From: Scenedesmus sp. PABB004
Taxonomy: Eukaryota
Assembly: GCA_014905635.1 (NCBI GenBank)
Contig: JABVCE010000008.1
Span: 744,001-808,000 of the forward strand
Reading direction: 5' to 3'
DNA length: 64,000 bases
Shown piece after piece: positions 16,191 to 28,811 of the stretch (position 1 is its first letter; each line of letters starts with the position of its first letter). The notes under the pieces were generated by a model. That model saw nothing but the letters and a program-made list of their open reading frames with translations. It made no database searches and was not told the origin of the DNA. Made by a program: the position numbers and the translations under genes.

Positions 16191-18084
16191 TCACGGCGTC
16201 TCGCGCAGGCAGTTGTAGCAGCTCGCCGCCTGGCTCTCCCGCACGCCATACTCGCTCGCGTACGCGGCCGACACGTCGCCCGACACGGCCGCCGCGATCA
16301 CGCGCTTGGTGTTCTGCGCCGCCCACGTGTTGCTGGCACGAAAGTAGTAGCCGCTGCGCGCCGCCGCGAGCAGCCCGCGCGGCTTGCCGCCGCCCGCGGG
16401 CGCGGCGACGGCCGCGGCCGCGGCAGGCGCGGCCGCCTTGGCGCCGGGCGCGGCCTTGGCGCCGGGCGCGGGCCGCGTCGACGCCATGCGGGGGCGCAGG
16501 ATGCCGTTGGTGCCCTGGAAGATGCCGCGGCCGGCAAAGATGTTGAACATCGTCACGTTGCACGGCGGGCCCACCTCTGGCGTGATGCGCATGGCCACGT
16601 CCACGACGCCCACCTCCTTGATGGTCGGGTCGTACGCCTTGCTGCGCGGCGGCGCGCGCGCACGCAGCCGCGCACGCGGGGGGAGGCGCGCGGCGTCGGC
16701 GGCGCCCGCGCCGCGGCGGGCGCGCGGGCGCCCGCGGGTGCTGCGCGGCGCGCGCGCGCGCACGCACCGCACGCGCATGTCGACCGTGACGCTGTGCCCC
16801 GGCAGCACCGTGGGCAGCACGGAGCGCCCCTCGGCAAACTCGGTCGGCACGAAGCGGCTGGGCTTGACCCAGTGGTACTTCACGATGTCGGCGAGCGCCT
16901 CGTCGCTCAGGCCCGCGATGTTGGTCCCACGGAACGCGTCATTATCAGGCACAAACATCGTGTAGTCGCAGTAGGGCGTGCACGGCGGCGTCGCGCGGTC
17001 GGCGAGCCCAAACGCGACCTTCCACTGGGGGTAGTAGGCCAGCGCCGCTTTGCCGTCGGTGAAGTAGCTCCCTGGAGGGAGGGGCGGCCGACGCGCGGCG
17101 CGGCGGCGCGGCGGGCTCGAGGCGGTGCGCTGGCGCGCGGCGCGCTGCACGCCGCGCCCCCCTGCAGGGCCCCGCCGCCCGCGCGGGCGCGCCCCGAGGC
17201 CCGCGCGGCGCGCCGCGCGTGCGCCCGCGCGCCGCGTGCGGCCCGCACCACTCATGAGCACGCGGTCGATCTCGATGACCGCGGTGCGGCCGAGCACGGT
17301 CGGCGGCGCGAGCACGTTTGCGTCGTGCCCCTGCACGTCCTGCACCCACACCGCGCCCGAGCTCGCGTTGCGGTAAAACTCGAGCACGTAGTTCACGTCG
17401 CCTGCGGGCGGCAGGCGGGCAGGCAGGCGGGCGGGCGGGCAGCGTGGGACCGAGCGCGAGGGCGAGGGAGGCTGCGGCGGCCGGCGCGCGCGGGGCCGGC
17501 GCGGTGCGGCCGGGGCGGCGCGGCGCGGGCGGGACGGTCACCCGTGTTGGCGAGCGTGGGGTTGCTGGGGACGTCCATCGCGGCGCTGCCGCTCGCGGTG
17601 AACCCCGGCACGAGGTGGTACGCTACGACGAGGTCGACGAGCATCATCCGGGCCAGGAAGTGCGACTCGTCCATGGCCATGGACTTGTAGAACGCCGCGA
17701 TCGCCTGGCGTGGTGGCCGCGGCGGCGGCAAAGGTGGGCGCGCGGGGCGCCGCACGCACGGCACCGCTGACCCGGCGCGCCGCGGAGCCGCACCTTGTTC
17801 GTCGGCACGAGCACCGTGAGCGCCCCCGGCGGCGTCGCCTTGACGCCCAGCGCCTTGACCCAGCCCAGGTAGCCGGTGAGGCCGCGAGAGCGCAGGTGGG
17901 CGAGCACGGCGTCCTCGCCCTGCGCCGCCGGCAGCGGCGCTGGTCGGCGCGCCGCGCCGCGCGGGCGCGAGCCTGCGGCGCGTCGCGCAGGGATGTCGTA
18001 CAGCTCGCCGTTGCCGGGGCGCACCTGGGCCGTCGCCAGAGCCGTCAGCAGCGCGAGCACCAGCAGGCACCGCGCTGCCCCCAT
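16191..18084 (-). CDS. Secreted fasciclin protein with two FAS1 domains and a C-terminal extension
   Basis: Signal peptide MGAARCLLVLALLTALATA. FAS1-1: LTVLVPTNKA...VAYHLVPG...VIEIDRVL. FAS1-2: YTMFVPDNDAF...IVKYHWV...NIFAGRGIFQGTNGIL. Confidence 0.82.
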
Positions 18085-18374
18085 CCCGGGTGTCGCGTGG
18101 AGACGCGCAGGGGTCGTGGCAGTGGTTGCGAAGGTGACTGCGGATTGCGGGCTGTCGCAGAGACAGGTCTGGCGGGCGCTGCGACAGCGCGGGCGGGGCA
18201 GCAGCAGCGGCGGAGTGACGGTGACGCCCGCGGTGCGCTGGAGAGAGCACGGCGGCGCCAGCGGCGGCGTACCAAGCAACTTCACTGTCACCAGAGGCAC
18301 CCCGCGCTGCTGGCGCAGTGTACTCGCGCCGCTGGAGTTCACTTCGAACCGCCGCCGGTCACGCGCGCGGGCGC

Positions 18375-21300
18375 TCAGAAGGCAAAGAAGCGCACGCCCT
18401 CGGCGTTGGCCAGGTCCACGCGCGCGCCCTCGGGCGTCACGCACACCTGGTCGCCCGCGTCGACGAGCTCCGAAAGCACGCGCTGCAGCGCCGCCTCGCC
18501 CTCCGCACGCCCCGCGACGCCCAGCCGCGCCACGAGCTCGCCCGCGGTGCTCGCGCCGCCATACAGAGCAGCGAGCACCGCCTCGGCCGTCACCAGCGCC
18601 GCGCCGGGTGGCGTCGTGCACCCGCCGGGCGTGCCGCCGCCCGCGGCGGGCGCCGGCGCCGGCGCCGCGGCGCCGCCCTCGCCGTCGGCGGCGGGGCGCG
18701 GCGGCGCGATGGACGTGGGCCGCCGCCGCTTGCCCGACCGGTTGCTGATGAGCCCGGCGGAGCGCACGCGCTTGGGCGCCGCAGCGTCGCCCGCGTCGTC
18801 GTCGCTCGGCTCGGCCTGGCCGGCGCCGCCGGGCGCCGACAGCGGCAGGTTGCTGGCGTCCGTGAGCGCCGCGGGCGGCAGCTGCTGCTCTGCGCGCGCG
18901 CTGCCGCCGCCGGCGCCGCCGGCAGGCTCGCCGCTGCCCCCGGCAAACCAGAGGCCCTTGAGTGCGAGGAGCGCGGCGACGACCTTGACCTGGCCAGGGC
19001 CGACGCCGCCCCGCCCGCCGGCCTCCAGTGCCTGCTGCACGGCCTGGCAGCCGCCGGCGCCGTGCGCGGCGATCGCGCCCGCGACCGCGCGCGCGATCGC
19101 CTCGTCCAGCTGCGCGTCCGCCGCCAGGGCTGCGAGGTCGGACGGCCAGCCCGCCGCAGCCGCCTCGGCCAGCGAGCCGAGCACGCTCTGCAGTGGCACG
19201 CTCAGCCCGCACAGGCTGCCGAGCACCGCCAGCGGCACGCCCGCGTGCCACTTCGCCCAGAGCCGCTGCGCCACGGCCGCCGGCGCCGGCAGCAGGCGCG
19301 CGAGCTCGGGCGCGAGCGCCGGCGGCGGCCCGGCGGGCGCGAGCGAGTCGAGCAGCGCGTCGTCGTCGCCCGGCAGCGCCCCGGGGATGGTCTGCAGCGC
19401 GAGCAGTGCCGCCGCGGCCTTGATGTGGCCGTAGCCCGCCTCGTCGCCCAGCGCCCGCCGGAGCCCCGCGAGCCCCAGCTCCGCCTGGCTCGCCACCGCC
19501 GCGACGACGCGCCAGAGGAGCGCAGCCGCCTCGGGGCCGCCGTCGGGGCCCAGCCCCGCCGCCGCCTGGATCGCCGCCGCCGCAGCCGCGCTGCAGCCGC
19601 CCGGCGACGCGCCGGCCGCGGCCGCGGCGTCCGCCAAATAGCCGACCACGGTGCTGACCTGGATGGGCTTGTCGCGCCCCGCCGTCGCGATCGTTTCGGG
19701 CGTCTCGCCGTCGCGCCAGCGCGTCCACGCGGCCTGCGCGGCGCCCTTGGGCTCCGACAGCACCCGGTGGTCCAGCAGCGCCTGGTACGTGTCCGGCGCC
19801 ACGCGCAGCACGACGCCCTCAAGCGCTGCCGCCGCCGCCTCGCCGGCGCCGGCGTCCGGCGCGAACGCCTGCGTCGCGCAGAAGCCCTGCGAGGCCCCAC
19901 CAAACGCGTGCGCGCCGCCGCCGGCCTGGAGGCCGGGCGCGCCCTGCGTTGCTGCGGCGCCGCCGGCCTGCGTGCCGCCGAGGCCCGGCGCCTGCAGGCG
20001 CAGCAGCGCGGCCTCGCGGCTGCGCCGGACGAGGCCCCAGTCGGTGTTGTGCCTGCGCGGCGGCGGCGAGCGGCGGCGTGAGCGGCGGCGGCGCGGCGGC
20101 ACAGCGCGGCGCGGCGCCCGCCCTGCGCGCACGCACCCCAGGTGCTTGGTGTTCGCGCAGAACGCGAGCAGCACGTCGAGCAGCGGCCGGCCAAAGTTGG
20201 CGAGCGCCGCGGCGCCAAAGCCAGACACGAGGCCCAGCTCGTCGAGGGTGGCCGGGCGCATCGTGACGAGGTGCTGCAGCGTGAGGTCGTTGACCAGCAC
20301 GTCGGGCGCCTGGCGCCGGTGTGTGCGTGTGCGTGTGTGTGCGGCGCGGTGCGCGGCGGTCAAGCGCAAGGGCAGCGGCCGAGGCAGGCGGGCGGCGGAG
20401 GCGGGCGGGCGGCGCGGCAGGGCGGGCCCCGGCGGACGGCGGCGCCGCCGCACCTGGCCCAGCGCGTCGGCGGTCGCCTTGCGCGCCTCGCGCAGCGCTT
20501 CGAGCAGCGCGGCGCGCTCCGCCGTCGCCTCGTCGCGCTGCGCCGCGCGCTCCGCGGCCGCCGCGGCGCGCTCGGCCTCGGCCGCCTCGCGCTGCGCGCA
20601 CCGGGCCTCCTCGCCCACCATGTGCAGCGGCAGCAGCACGCGCAGCGCCTCGGGCCGCCCCGAGAGCAGGCCGAGGCCCTTGGCCGTCGCGCCGATCACG
20701 GTGTATGACCCGCCCGACGCGCTCTGCGGGGTTGAACGCGGGCGCGGTTTGTGGGTTGAGGGTCGACGGGCGGGGCCGTTTGGCGGGCGCGGCGACGGCG
20801 GCGGCGGCGGCGCGCGCCCGCGCGGCGCTTCCGCAGCGCGCCTGCTTGCTTGAGCTCTGCAGGAAGCCGAGGCCGAGCAGCACGCCGGACAGGCCCTTCC
20901 ACCACTCCTCTGTGCGGCCCGCGCCCGCGCCGTGCAGCGGCGCGCCACCGGGCCCCGGCAGCTGCTTCATCCAGGGCTCCACCGCCTTGGCGTTGCTGCC
21001 GCGCAGCAGCGCGACCGGGCGGTTGATGCCGTACGCGCCCTGCGACGCGCGCGTGCGCGCATGCGGCGCGGGCGGGCGCGGACGCAGGCGTGGACGCGGG
21101 CGCGGCAGCGCTGGGCGCGGCGCACGGCCCGCGGCGGGCGCGGCAGCCGGCGGGCAGGCGCCCGCGCCGCGCGTGCGGCGCACCCGCAGCTCTTTGACCG
21201 CGGCGATCAGCAGCGCCGCGGGCTGCGTGATGTCAGTCTCGCCGGCGCCGGGCGCCTGCGTGCCCGCCGCCACCGCGGCGCGCGCCTCCTCCCTGCGGGC

Positions 21301-23652
21301 GCGGCGCGGCGCGGCGCCGCCCGCGCTCGGCCCGAGGCCCCCTGAAGCCCCCCGCGCGCCCCGCCGCGGCGTGCGCCGCCCGCCGGCGCACCGGCGCGTG
21401 CAGCTGTCGCAGCCGCCCGCGCACGGCCCGGCCGTGGGCAGCGCGCCCGGCTGAAAGTGGTTGACAAGCTGCGCGTGGCGGCAGTCGCCGCTGCTCGTGT
21501 ATGCGCGTAGCGAGGCCATGCCGCGCGTGTGCGACTCGAGGCTCCACCCGCGCAGGCTCGAGGCGCCCTTGATAAAGTCTTGCGACTGCGCGGCACGCGG
21601 CGGCAGGGCGGTCGGCCGGGGGTCGGCCGGGCGGCGCCGCAGCGGCGACGCGCGCGGGCGCGCGCGGGCGCGCAGGGCGGCGCGCCGCGCACCGCAAAGT
21701 CGGCCTGCGCCCACAGCAGGACGCAGCTCGCGGGCAGCCCGTCGCGCCCCGCGCGCCCCATTTGCTGATAGTAACTCTCGAGGCTCGCGGGGATGCCCTG
21801 CGGCGCGCGGCGTCAGGGTGGCGCGGGGTGGCGCGCGCGTGCGCCCTGACAGCCCGTCCTGCGAGGGCCCGTCCTGCAAGCGCGCGCGCGCTCACATAGT
21901 GGATGATGCGCCGGATGTTGGGCTTGTCGATGCCCTGCGCGCGCGCGGCGGTGGCGGGCGAGCGGCGGGTGAGCCCGCGGCGCGTGCGCTTGCCCCCAGC
22001 GGCGGCGCGACGGCGGCAGCAGCCAGGCCGCGGGGGCTGGCCCGGCAGGGCGGGCGCGCACCATGCCGTATGCCAGGCTCGCCACCATGACCGCGGCGTC
22101 GTCGCGCTGGAACGCGCGGTGCGCGGCGCTGCGCTCGCCCTGCGGCAGCTTGGCGTGGTACCTGCGGCGGCGCGTCGCGCGCGGGCGGGCAGCGGCGACT
22201 GAGCGCGCGCGGGGAGGCGGCGGCGCGGCCCCGCCCCCGCGCGCGGCCGGCCGCGCGCACTTGGCGGTGGGCACGCCCTGCGCCTGCAGGTGCGCGGCGA
22301 GCTCGTCCACCTCGCGCGTCGTCTGCGCATAGATGAGCGTCGCCGGCAGCCGCCCGCCGCCCGCCGCCGCCGCGCGCGCCTCCGCCACGAGGAAGGCCTG
22401 CGCGCGCGCGCGCCGCACGCGTGACGCTCGGCGGCGCGGGCAGCCGCCGCGCGCGCACGCGCGCCCTGGCGCGCGCACCATGTTTGGCGCCGCGCCGCCG
22501 CCGGCCTTCATGCGCGCCGAGAGGTTGAGGTTTGTCCGCACAAAGGGCATGACCCACGTGCGCAGCGGCGGCCCGCCCGGCCGGCCCATGCCGAGCTCGC
22601 CCAGGATGTCCTGCGCGGCGCGGCACGGCGTGAAGGCGCGCGCCGGCGGGCAGCGCGGGGCGGGACCGGCGCGGGGGGCGCGGGCGCCGCACCTTGCGCA
22701 CGCGCTCCGTGGCGGTGGCGGTGAGCGCCATGATCGGCACACCCGGCAGCCCCGCGCGCAGCGCGCCGAGCTCGCGGAACGCCGGCCGGAAGTCGTGGCC
22801 CCACCTGCGGCGCAGCCGCCGCGTGAGGGCCGGCCGGCCGGCGCCCCGCTGCGGCGCCGCCGCGGCCGCGCGCGCGCGCGTGCGCCGCGGCGCCCGGCTC
22901 ACTCTGACACGCAGTGCGCCTCGTCGATCGCGATCAGGCCGATGCCGCGCCCCGCGTGCAGCGCCTGCAGTGCGCCGAGCTGGTTGCTGGCGAGCTCGGG
23001 CGTTATGTAAAGCAGCGAGTACTCGCCCGCCCACGCGCCGCGCTTGACCTGCCGCCGCGCCGGGCCGCGCAGCGCAGCGCCGGCACGTGGGCGCGCGCGC
23101 ACAAGGGTGCGCGTGTGTCTGCGCCAGTGCGTGTGCGCGCGCGCGCACCTCGGCGCTCGACTGCGCGGAGCCGAGCATCGCGGCGCGCACGCCGCGCGCG
23201 GTCAGCGCCGCGACCTGGTCCTCCATGAGCGCGATGAGCGGGCTCACCACCACGCACGTGCGCCCTGCGAGGGCGCGTCCCCGGCCGGCCGACGGGAGGG
23301 CGCGTCGGCGCCGGCGCCGGCGCGCGCTGCGCGTCGGCAGTCGCGCGCCGCGCTTCGGTCCCGCGGTGGCGCCGCCGCACCCGTGACGAGCGCGGGGACC
23401 TGGTAGCAGAGCGACTTGCCGCCGCCCGTCGCCATGACGACCAGGGAGTCGTTGCCCGCGATGGCGTTGAGGATCGCCGCCTCCTGCGGCTCCCTGCGGT
23501 CGCGGCGGCGGGTGAGCAGGTGAGCGCTGCGCCGCGCCGCCGCGCTGCCTGCCCCGCGCGACGCCGCCGCGCCGCCGCCGGCCGCGCCTGAAGGCGCCGT
23601 AGCCCCAGTACTGCTGCAGCACCTCCAGCATGCGCGGCCGCGGGTCGGCCAT
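18375..23652 (-). CDS. RecQ-family ATP-dependent DNA helicase, WRN-like (helicase, RQC, HRDC, HTH), about 15 exons
   Basis: [92 protein letters not shown]; Zn site CRH...[12 protein letters not shown]-like [19 protein letters not shown]. No N-terminal exonuclease. Confidence 0.92.
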
Positions 23653-24140
23653 CGAGCGGGCGGCGGCGCGCTGTGCCGCTGCCGTTCGAGCGCGGCGGCG
23701 CGGCGCGGCGCGGCGCGCGGCCGCCGGGGCGCCCCGCTGCGGCGCCGGGCGTGCCGCCGCAGCTCGGGGCGAGCGAGAGGGGAGCGGGGCACGGCGCGCG
23801 GCGGGCTGTGGGCGCGACGGAGGGCGCAGCAGCACGCGCAGCTCGCAGCGCGAGCTGGTGGTGGGTGGCAGGCCGCCGCGGTGCGAGTCCTGGCCGACGG
23901 ACGACCTTGCCTGCATGCGGTGCGATCCAGGGCAGGCCGCCCACGGTTAAGTTCGGGGCCCACGCGCCCCTCGCCCCAGGACTGCTCGCTCCGCGTCGCG
24001 CCGTCGCGCCCACAGCGTCCCGGGCAGCTCACCGCCGCGCGCAGCCGCCCGCCACGCCCCTCCCGCGCGCCGGCGGCGACGCATCACAGGCGCCCGCCGA
24101 GCCGCGCCCGCGGGGCCCCGCACCCCCACCGGCGGCCACC

Positions 24141-26410
24141 ATGTCGGTGCGTGCGCGCAGCATGCCACAGCAGCGAGGGGCGGCGCCAGGCAGCGGCGCG
24201 GCGCCGGGAGCAGCAGCATCGGCCGCGCGCCCAGCAGCACCCGGCGGCCGGCCGCGCCCCGCGCCCGGGCCGACGGCCCGGAGGCCCTGCCCCGGCCCCG
24301 ATCGCCCAACGCGGGCGGTGCAGCGGCCAGCGGGCCCCGCCGGCCGGCGCGGCGGGCGGCCGGGCAGCGCGCGGTTGCCGCCGCCGCTCGCAGCGGCGCG
24401 CCGCGCGACCGCCGCGCGCTGCCCCGCCGCGCGCCGCAGGTCCACCAGGACTGCCGCATGTACGAGTCCAAGTACCCGGAGGTCGACGACGTGGTCATGG
24501 TCCAGGTGCGCGCCGCGCTGCCCCGGCGCGGCGCGGCGCCCACCTCTGCTGCGTGCCGCGCCGCGCCGCGCAGCAACGCGCCCCTCCCGCCCGCGCGCGC
24601 GCGCGTGCAGGTCAAGTCGATCGCCGAGATGGGCGCGTACGTGTCGCTGCTGGAGTACAACGGCATCGAGGGCATGATCCTGCTGAGCGAGCTGTCGCGG
24701 CGGCGCATCCGCTCCATCACAAAGCTCATCAAGGCGCGCACGCGCTCTCGGCGGCAGACGCGGCGGCGGCAGACGCGGCGGCAGACGCGGCGGCAGACGC
24801 GGCGGCAGACGCGGCGGCGGCGGCGGCGGCGGCAGAGGCAGATGCGGCGGCAGAGGCGACGGCGACAGCAGGCGCGGCGGCGGGGGCTCACGCACGTCGG
24901 CGCGCCGCGCCGCGCCGTGCCGCGCGCAGGTGGGGCGGCAGGAGCCGGTGATGGTGCTGCGCGTGGACAAGGACAAGGGCTACATCGACCTCTCCAAGCG
25001 GTGCGACGCGCGCGCACGCGCGCCCGCACGCGCACGCGCACGCTGCGGACGGGCGGGCGCGCGGGCGGCGGCGCGCGCGGGCGGCGGGCGGCGCGGCGGA
25101 CCCCCGCGCCGCGCGTGCGCGCGCGCAGGCGAGTGTCGCCGGAGGACATCCAGCAGTGCGACGACCGCTTCAACAAGTCCAAGATGGTGCACTCCATCAT
25201 GCGGCACGTAGCGGAGACGACGGGGGAGAACCTAGAGGTGGGCAGGCGGCCGCGGCGCGCCTGCCTGCGGGCGCAGCCGCGGGCGCAGCGGCGGCGGCCG
25301 ACGCGGGTGCAGCGCCAGCGCACGCGCCCCGCGCCGCCCGCGCCCGCGCCCGCGCGCCGCGACCCGCGCCCTGCCGACGGCGCCGCGGCGCGCGCCGCCT
25401 CCTCCCCGCAGGAGCTGTATGCGCAGGTCGCGTGGCCGCTGTACAAGCTGTACGGGCACGCGTTCGAGGCGTTTAAGCTCATGGTCGCCGACGACGGCGC
25501 GGCGATCATCAAGCGCCTGCAGGAGCTCGGCCCGCTCACAGTGCTCACGCCCGAGGCGCGCGCCGCGGCGCGCGCGCACGCCGCTGCCACACCCCGCCGC
25601 GCATGTGCGGCGCCCGGCCCGACCCGGCTCCCCGGCTGACGCACGCACCCGCCGCCGCCGCCGCCGCGTGCTCGCGCCCGTGGCGCGTCAGGTGCACGAG
25701 GCGCTGCTGAAGAACATCAAGCGCCGCATGACGCCGCAGCCGCTCAAGATCCGGGCCGACGTGGAGCTCACGTGCTTTGCCTACGACGGCGTGGAGCGCA
25801 TTCGCGACGCGATGCGCGCCGCCGAGGCGGCGGGCAGCGAGGACTGCCCCGTGCGCATGAAGCTCGTCGCGCCGCCGCTGTACGTGCTCACGACGCAGAC
25901 GCTGGACAAGGCCAAGGGCGTGGAGGTGCGGCGGGCGCGTGCGGGCGGGCGGGCGGCGGGCGGGGAGAGCCTGGGGGGCGGGGCAGCGCCTGGGCGGGGC
26001 CTGGGCGCCGCGCCGACGCGCGTGCGCGCCCCGCACGCAGGTGCTGACGGCGGCGTGCGAGGCGTGCGCGCGCAGCATAGAGGGCGCCAAGGGCAAGCTG
26101 GCGGTCAAGGAGGCGGCGCGCGCGGTCAGCGAGCGCGACGACCGGCTGCTGGCGGAGAAGATGGAGGCGCTGGAGGCCGCCAACCGCGAGGTGCGCGCGC
26201 GCGGGCCGCGGGGGCGGCGGCGGCGGCGGCGCGCCGCGGCGGGCGCGCCCGGCCGCGCGACTGCGGTGCCGCCGCGCCGCGGCCGGCGCCGACGCGCGGC
26301 GCGCCGCCGCCGCGTCGCAGGTCGACGGCGACGTGGACAGCGAGGAGGAGGAGGAGGACACTGGCATGGGCGACATCAGCGTGGACGCGCCCCTCACCAT
26401 GGAGGTGTGA
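24141..26410 (+). CDS. EIF2S1: Eukaryotic translation initiation factor 2 subunit alpha (9 exons)
   Basis: [59 protein letters not shown] (Ser51-equivalent site), [48 protein letters not shown]. Confidence 0.96.
24751..24815. repeat. About 5 copies of a 12-bp unit (GCGGCAGACGCG) in an eIF2-alpha intron
   Basis: Read directly. Confidence 0.8.
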
Positions 26411-26742
26411 GCGGCCGCGCAGCGCGACGACCCCGCGGCGGCGAGCGCGGCAGCGGCGGCAGCAGCCCGGCCCGGCGCGCGGGCGGGCGGGCAGCTGCCG
26501 AGCCGCCGGGCGCTGGCTTCGCTGGCGGCGCCTGGCGGCGGCGCATGGCGTGCTGCACGGGGGAGGGGCAGCAGGGGTCGGCGGGACGGGCAGCAGGGGT
26601 CGGGCGGGGGCAGCTTCGCGGCTGCAGGCAGGCAGAGGTAGTCGGAGCAGTGCCACGCGCTGCTGGTGTGCGGCGGCGGCAGCGCGCTCGCCGCGGCGGT
26701 AAGGAGCCGTCCGCGCGCGTGGCCGTGGTCTGCGCGAGGCCG

Positions 26743-26747
26743 TTACA
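26743..26747 (-). promoter_or_regulatory. Putative TGTAA polyadenylation signal of SGR
   Basis: TTACA on +, about 240 nt past the SGR stop at 26986. Confidence 0.55.
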
Positions 26748-26985
26748 CGTGATCCGTGCTGGCGCCGCTGCCAGCAGGGCAGTCTCGCCTCGGCCGACCC
26801 CCGCCCCAGCCCCGCCGGCCGTGCGCGCCGCCGCGCGCAGCAGCAGCAGCAGCGCCCAGCCCTCCTCGCCCGCTCCCAGCCGCTCTCTACGGCTACCCTT
26901 CGCCTGGGGGCGCATGGTGGTACACGACCGACCAACAGCACACGGGCAAAACTGCAGCAACGGGGGCCGCCGCCGCGGCGCCACC

Positions 26986-27413
26986 TCAGACGAGGCGCTT
27001 GGCGGCGCCGCGGGCGGCGCGCCCGCCGGCCGCGCCGCTGGCGGCGACCACAACCGCGGGGCGGAAGCCCAGCACCTGCTGCGGCGGCGCGCCCGGCGGC
27101 GGCTGCTGCAGCGCCGCCTGCAGCGGCGACGCGTCGTCTAGCACGACCACGGGCAGCATGCGCTGCTGCTCCTGCTGCTGCTGCAGCTGGTCCTGCGGCC
27201 GGCAGAGCCAGCGGCCATAGTCCTCAAGCACGTCCGGCTGCTGCTGAGGGGCGGGCCCCGGCGCGCCCGGCGCGCCGCCGCCGCCGCCCGTGCCCGGGGC
27301 CGCCTCGGCGCCGCGCTGCTGCGCGACCACCGCGGTGAGCGGCAGCCCCTGCTGCTGCTCCTCCGGCGCCGGCGGCCGGCCGCGTCCGTTGCCGCTGGCG
27401 GCGCGCTCGCCGA

Positions 27414-27445
<32 letters not shown>

Positions 27446-28811
27446 TGCTCCTGCTCCAGCGGCGACGGGTGCAGCCGCCGGAGCTCGTCCTGCAGCGACA
27501 GCGCGACCGACCGCGTGGGCGCGACGGCCGCTTCTGTCAGCGGCAGCCACTGCTGCCCCTGCTGCCCCTGCTGCCGCTGCTGCTGCTGCTCCTGCACAGC
27601 GGCGGCGCCCGCGGCCTCTGCGCCTGCAGAGGCCGCCAGCGCCGCGCCGCCCGCGGCCGCGCCGTCGTGCTCGCCCGGCGCGCCGCGCCCCTGCAGCTGC
27701 TGCTGCCGCGTGAGGCTGCGCCGCGGGCGCTGGTGCGGCACGGCGGGGAAGCCAAACAACAGCAGCTTCAGCCGCGCCAGCACGCCGCGCGGCATGCGGC
27801 GCCAGGTGCGGCGGTCGCCAAAGACGCCCCAGTACTCGCGCAGGTCGAGGTCCTGCGGCGCGCGGCGGGGCGCGAGGGCCGCGCCGGCCGGGGGCGGAGG
27901 GGCCGCGTCGGGCGGCGCGTTCGCGGGGCCGCCGGCGGCCGCGGAGAGGCCGCGTCGGCGCGGCGCGGCGCGGCGCGCGCACCTGCACGTCCGACTGGAA
28001 GTGCACGTAGACCTTGGCGCGCTGCAGGTCGGGGAAGGAGGCGAGGAACTCGCGGTCGGCGTACGCAAACGTGTCCAGCACCTGCGCAGCAGCGCGCGCG
28101 GGCGCGGTCGGCCGCCGGGGCCTGAGCCCTCCGCGGCGGCGCAGCGCGCGCGCCGTCCCGCCGCCGCCGCCGCCGCCGCCGTCGTGCCGCTGCGCCGCAC
28201 CAGCGTCATCTCGCGCCGGAAGATGAAGTTGCGCAGCTGCGGCGGCGCGAGCCAGCGCTCCTCGCCGCTGACGTGGCAGTAGATGTGGAGCTCGGGCGGC
28301 GCCGCGCCGCGCGCGAGGTACCACTCGGCGGTGATCTCGTCGCGCAGGATGCGCGTGTAAAAGCCCTGCACCTGCGACGCGTTGAACTCGGGGCCGATCG
28401 ACAGGCTGAGCGCGCCGGTGATGTCGTTGTGCGTGAGCGTGTAGCGCCGCGACGGCAGCGCGCCGCCGCCGGCGCGCCACGCCGCCGGGCCCGCGCTGCC
28501 GGCGAGCCACGTGACCGAGAGCTTCGCCGGCTGGAACGGCGGCGGCTCAAACAGCGCCGCCGACACCTGCGCAGAGGGGGAGGGCGGTGTGGGCGCCTGG
28601 GCTGCGCGAGCAGCGGACAGGCGGGCGCGCGCGCGCCGCCGCTGCTGCTGCTGCTGCTGCGCACCTGCAGGCGCCCCGGCCGCTGCCTGGGCGCCGCCGG
28701 GCCGCGCGGCGCGGCGCGGCCGCGCGTGGGCGCCATCCTGCGCGCCACGGGCGGCCCGCAGGCCCGAGGCGGGCGCGCTGCCGCGTGTGTGGCCGCTCGT
28801 GGCGCGGCCAT
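26986..28811 (-). CDS. SGR: STAY-GREEN magnesium dechelatase (chlorophyll breakdown), with Gln-rich C-terminal extension; 4 exons
   Basis: Transit peptide, then LFEPPPFQPAKLSV, RRYTLTHNDITGALSLSIG, RDEITAEW, LHIYCHVSG, RNFIFRREMTL|VLDTFAYAD, VYVHFQS, EYWG. Confidence 0.93.
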
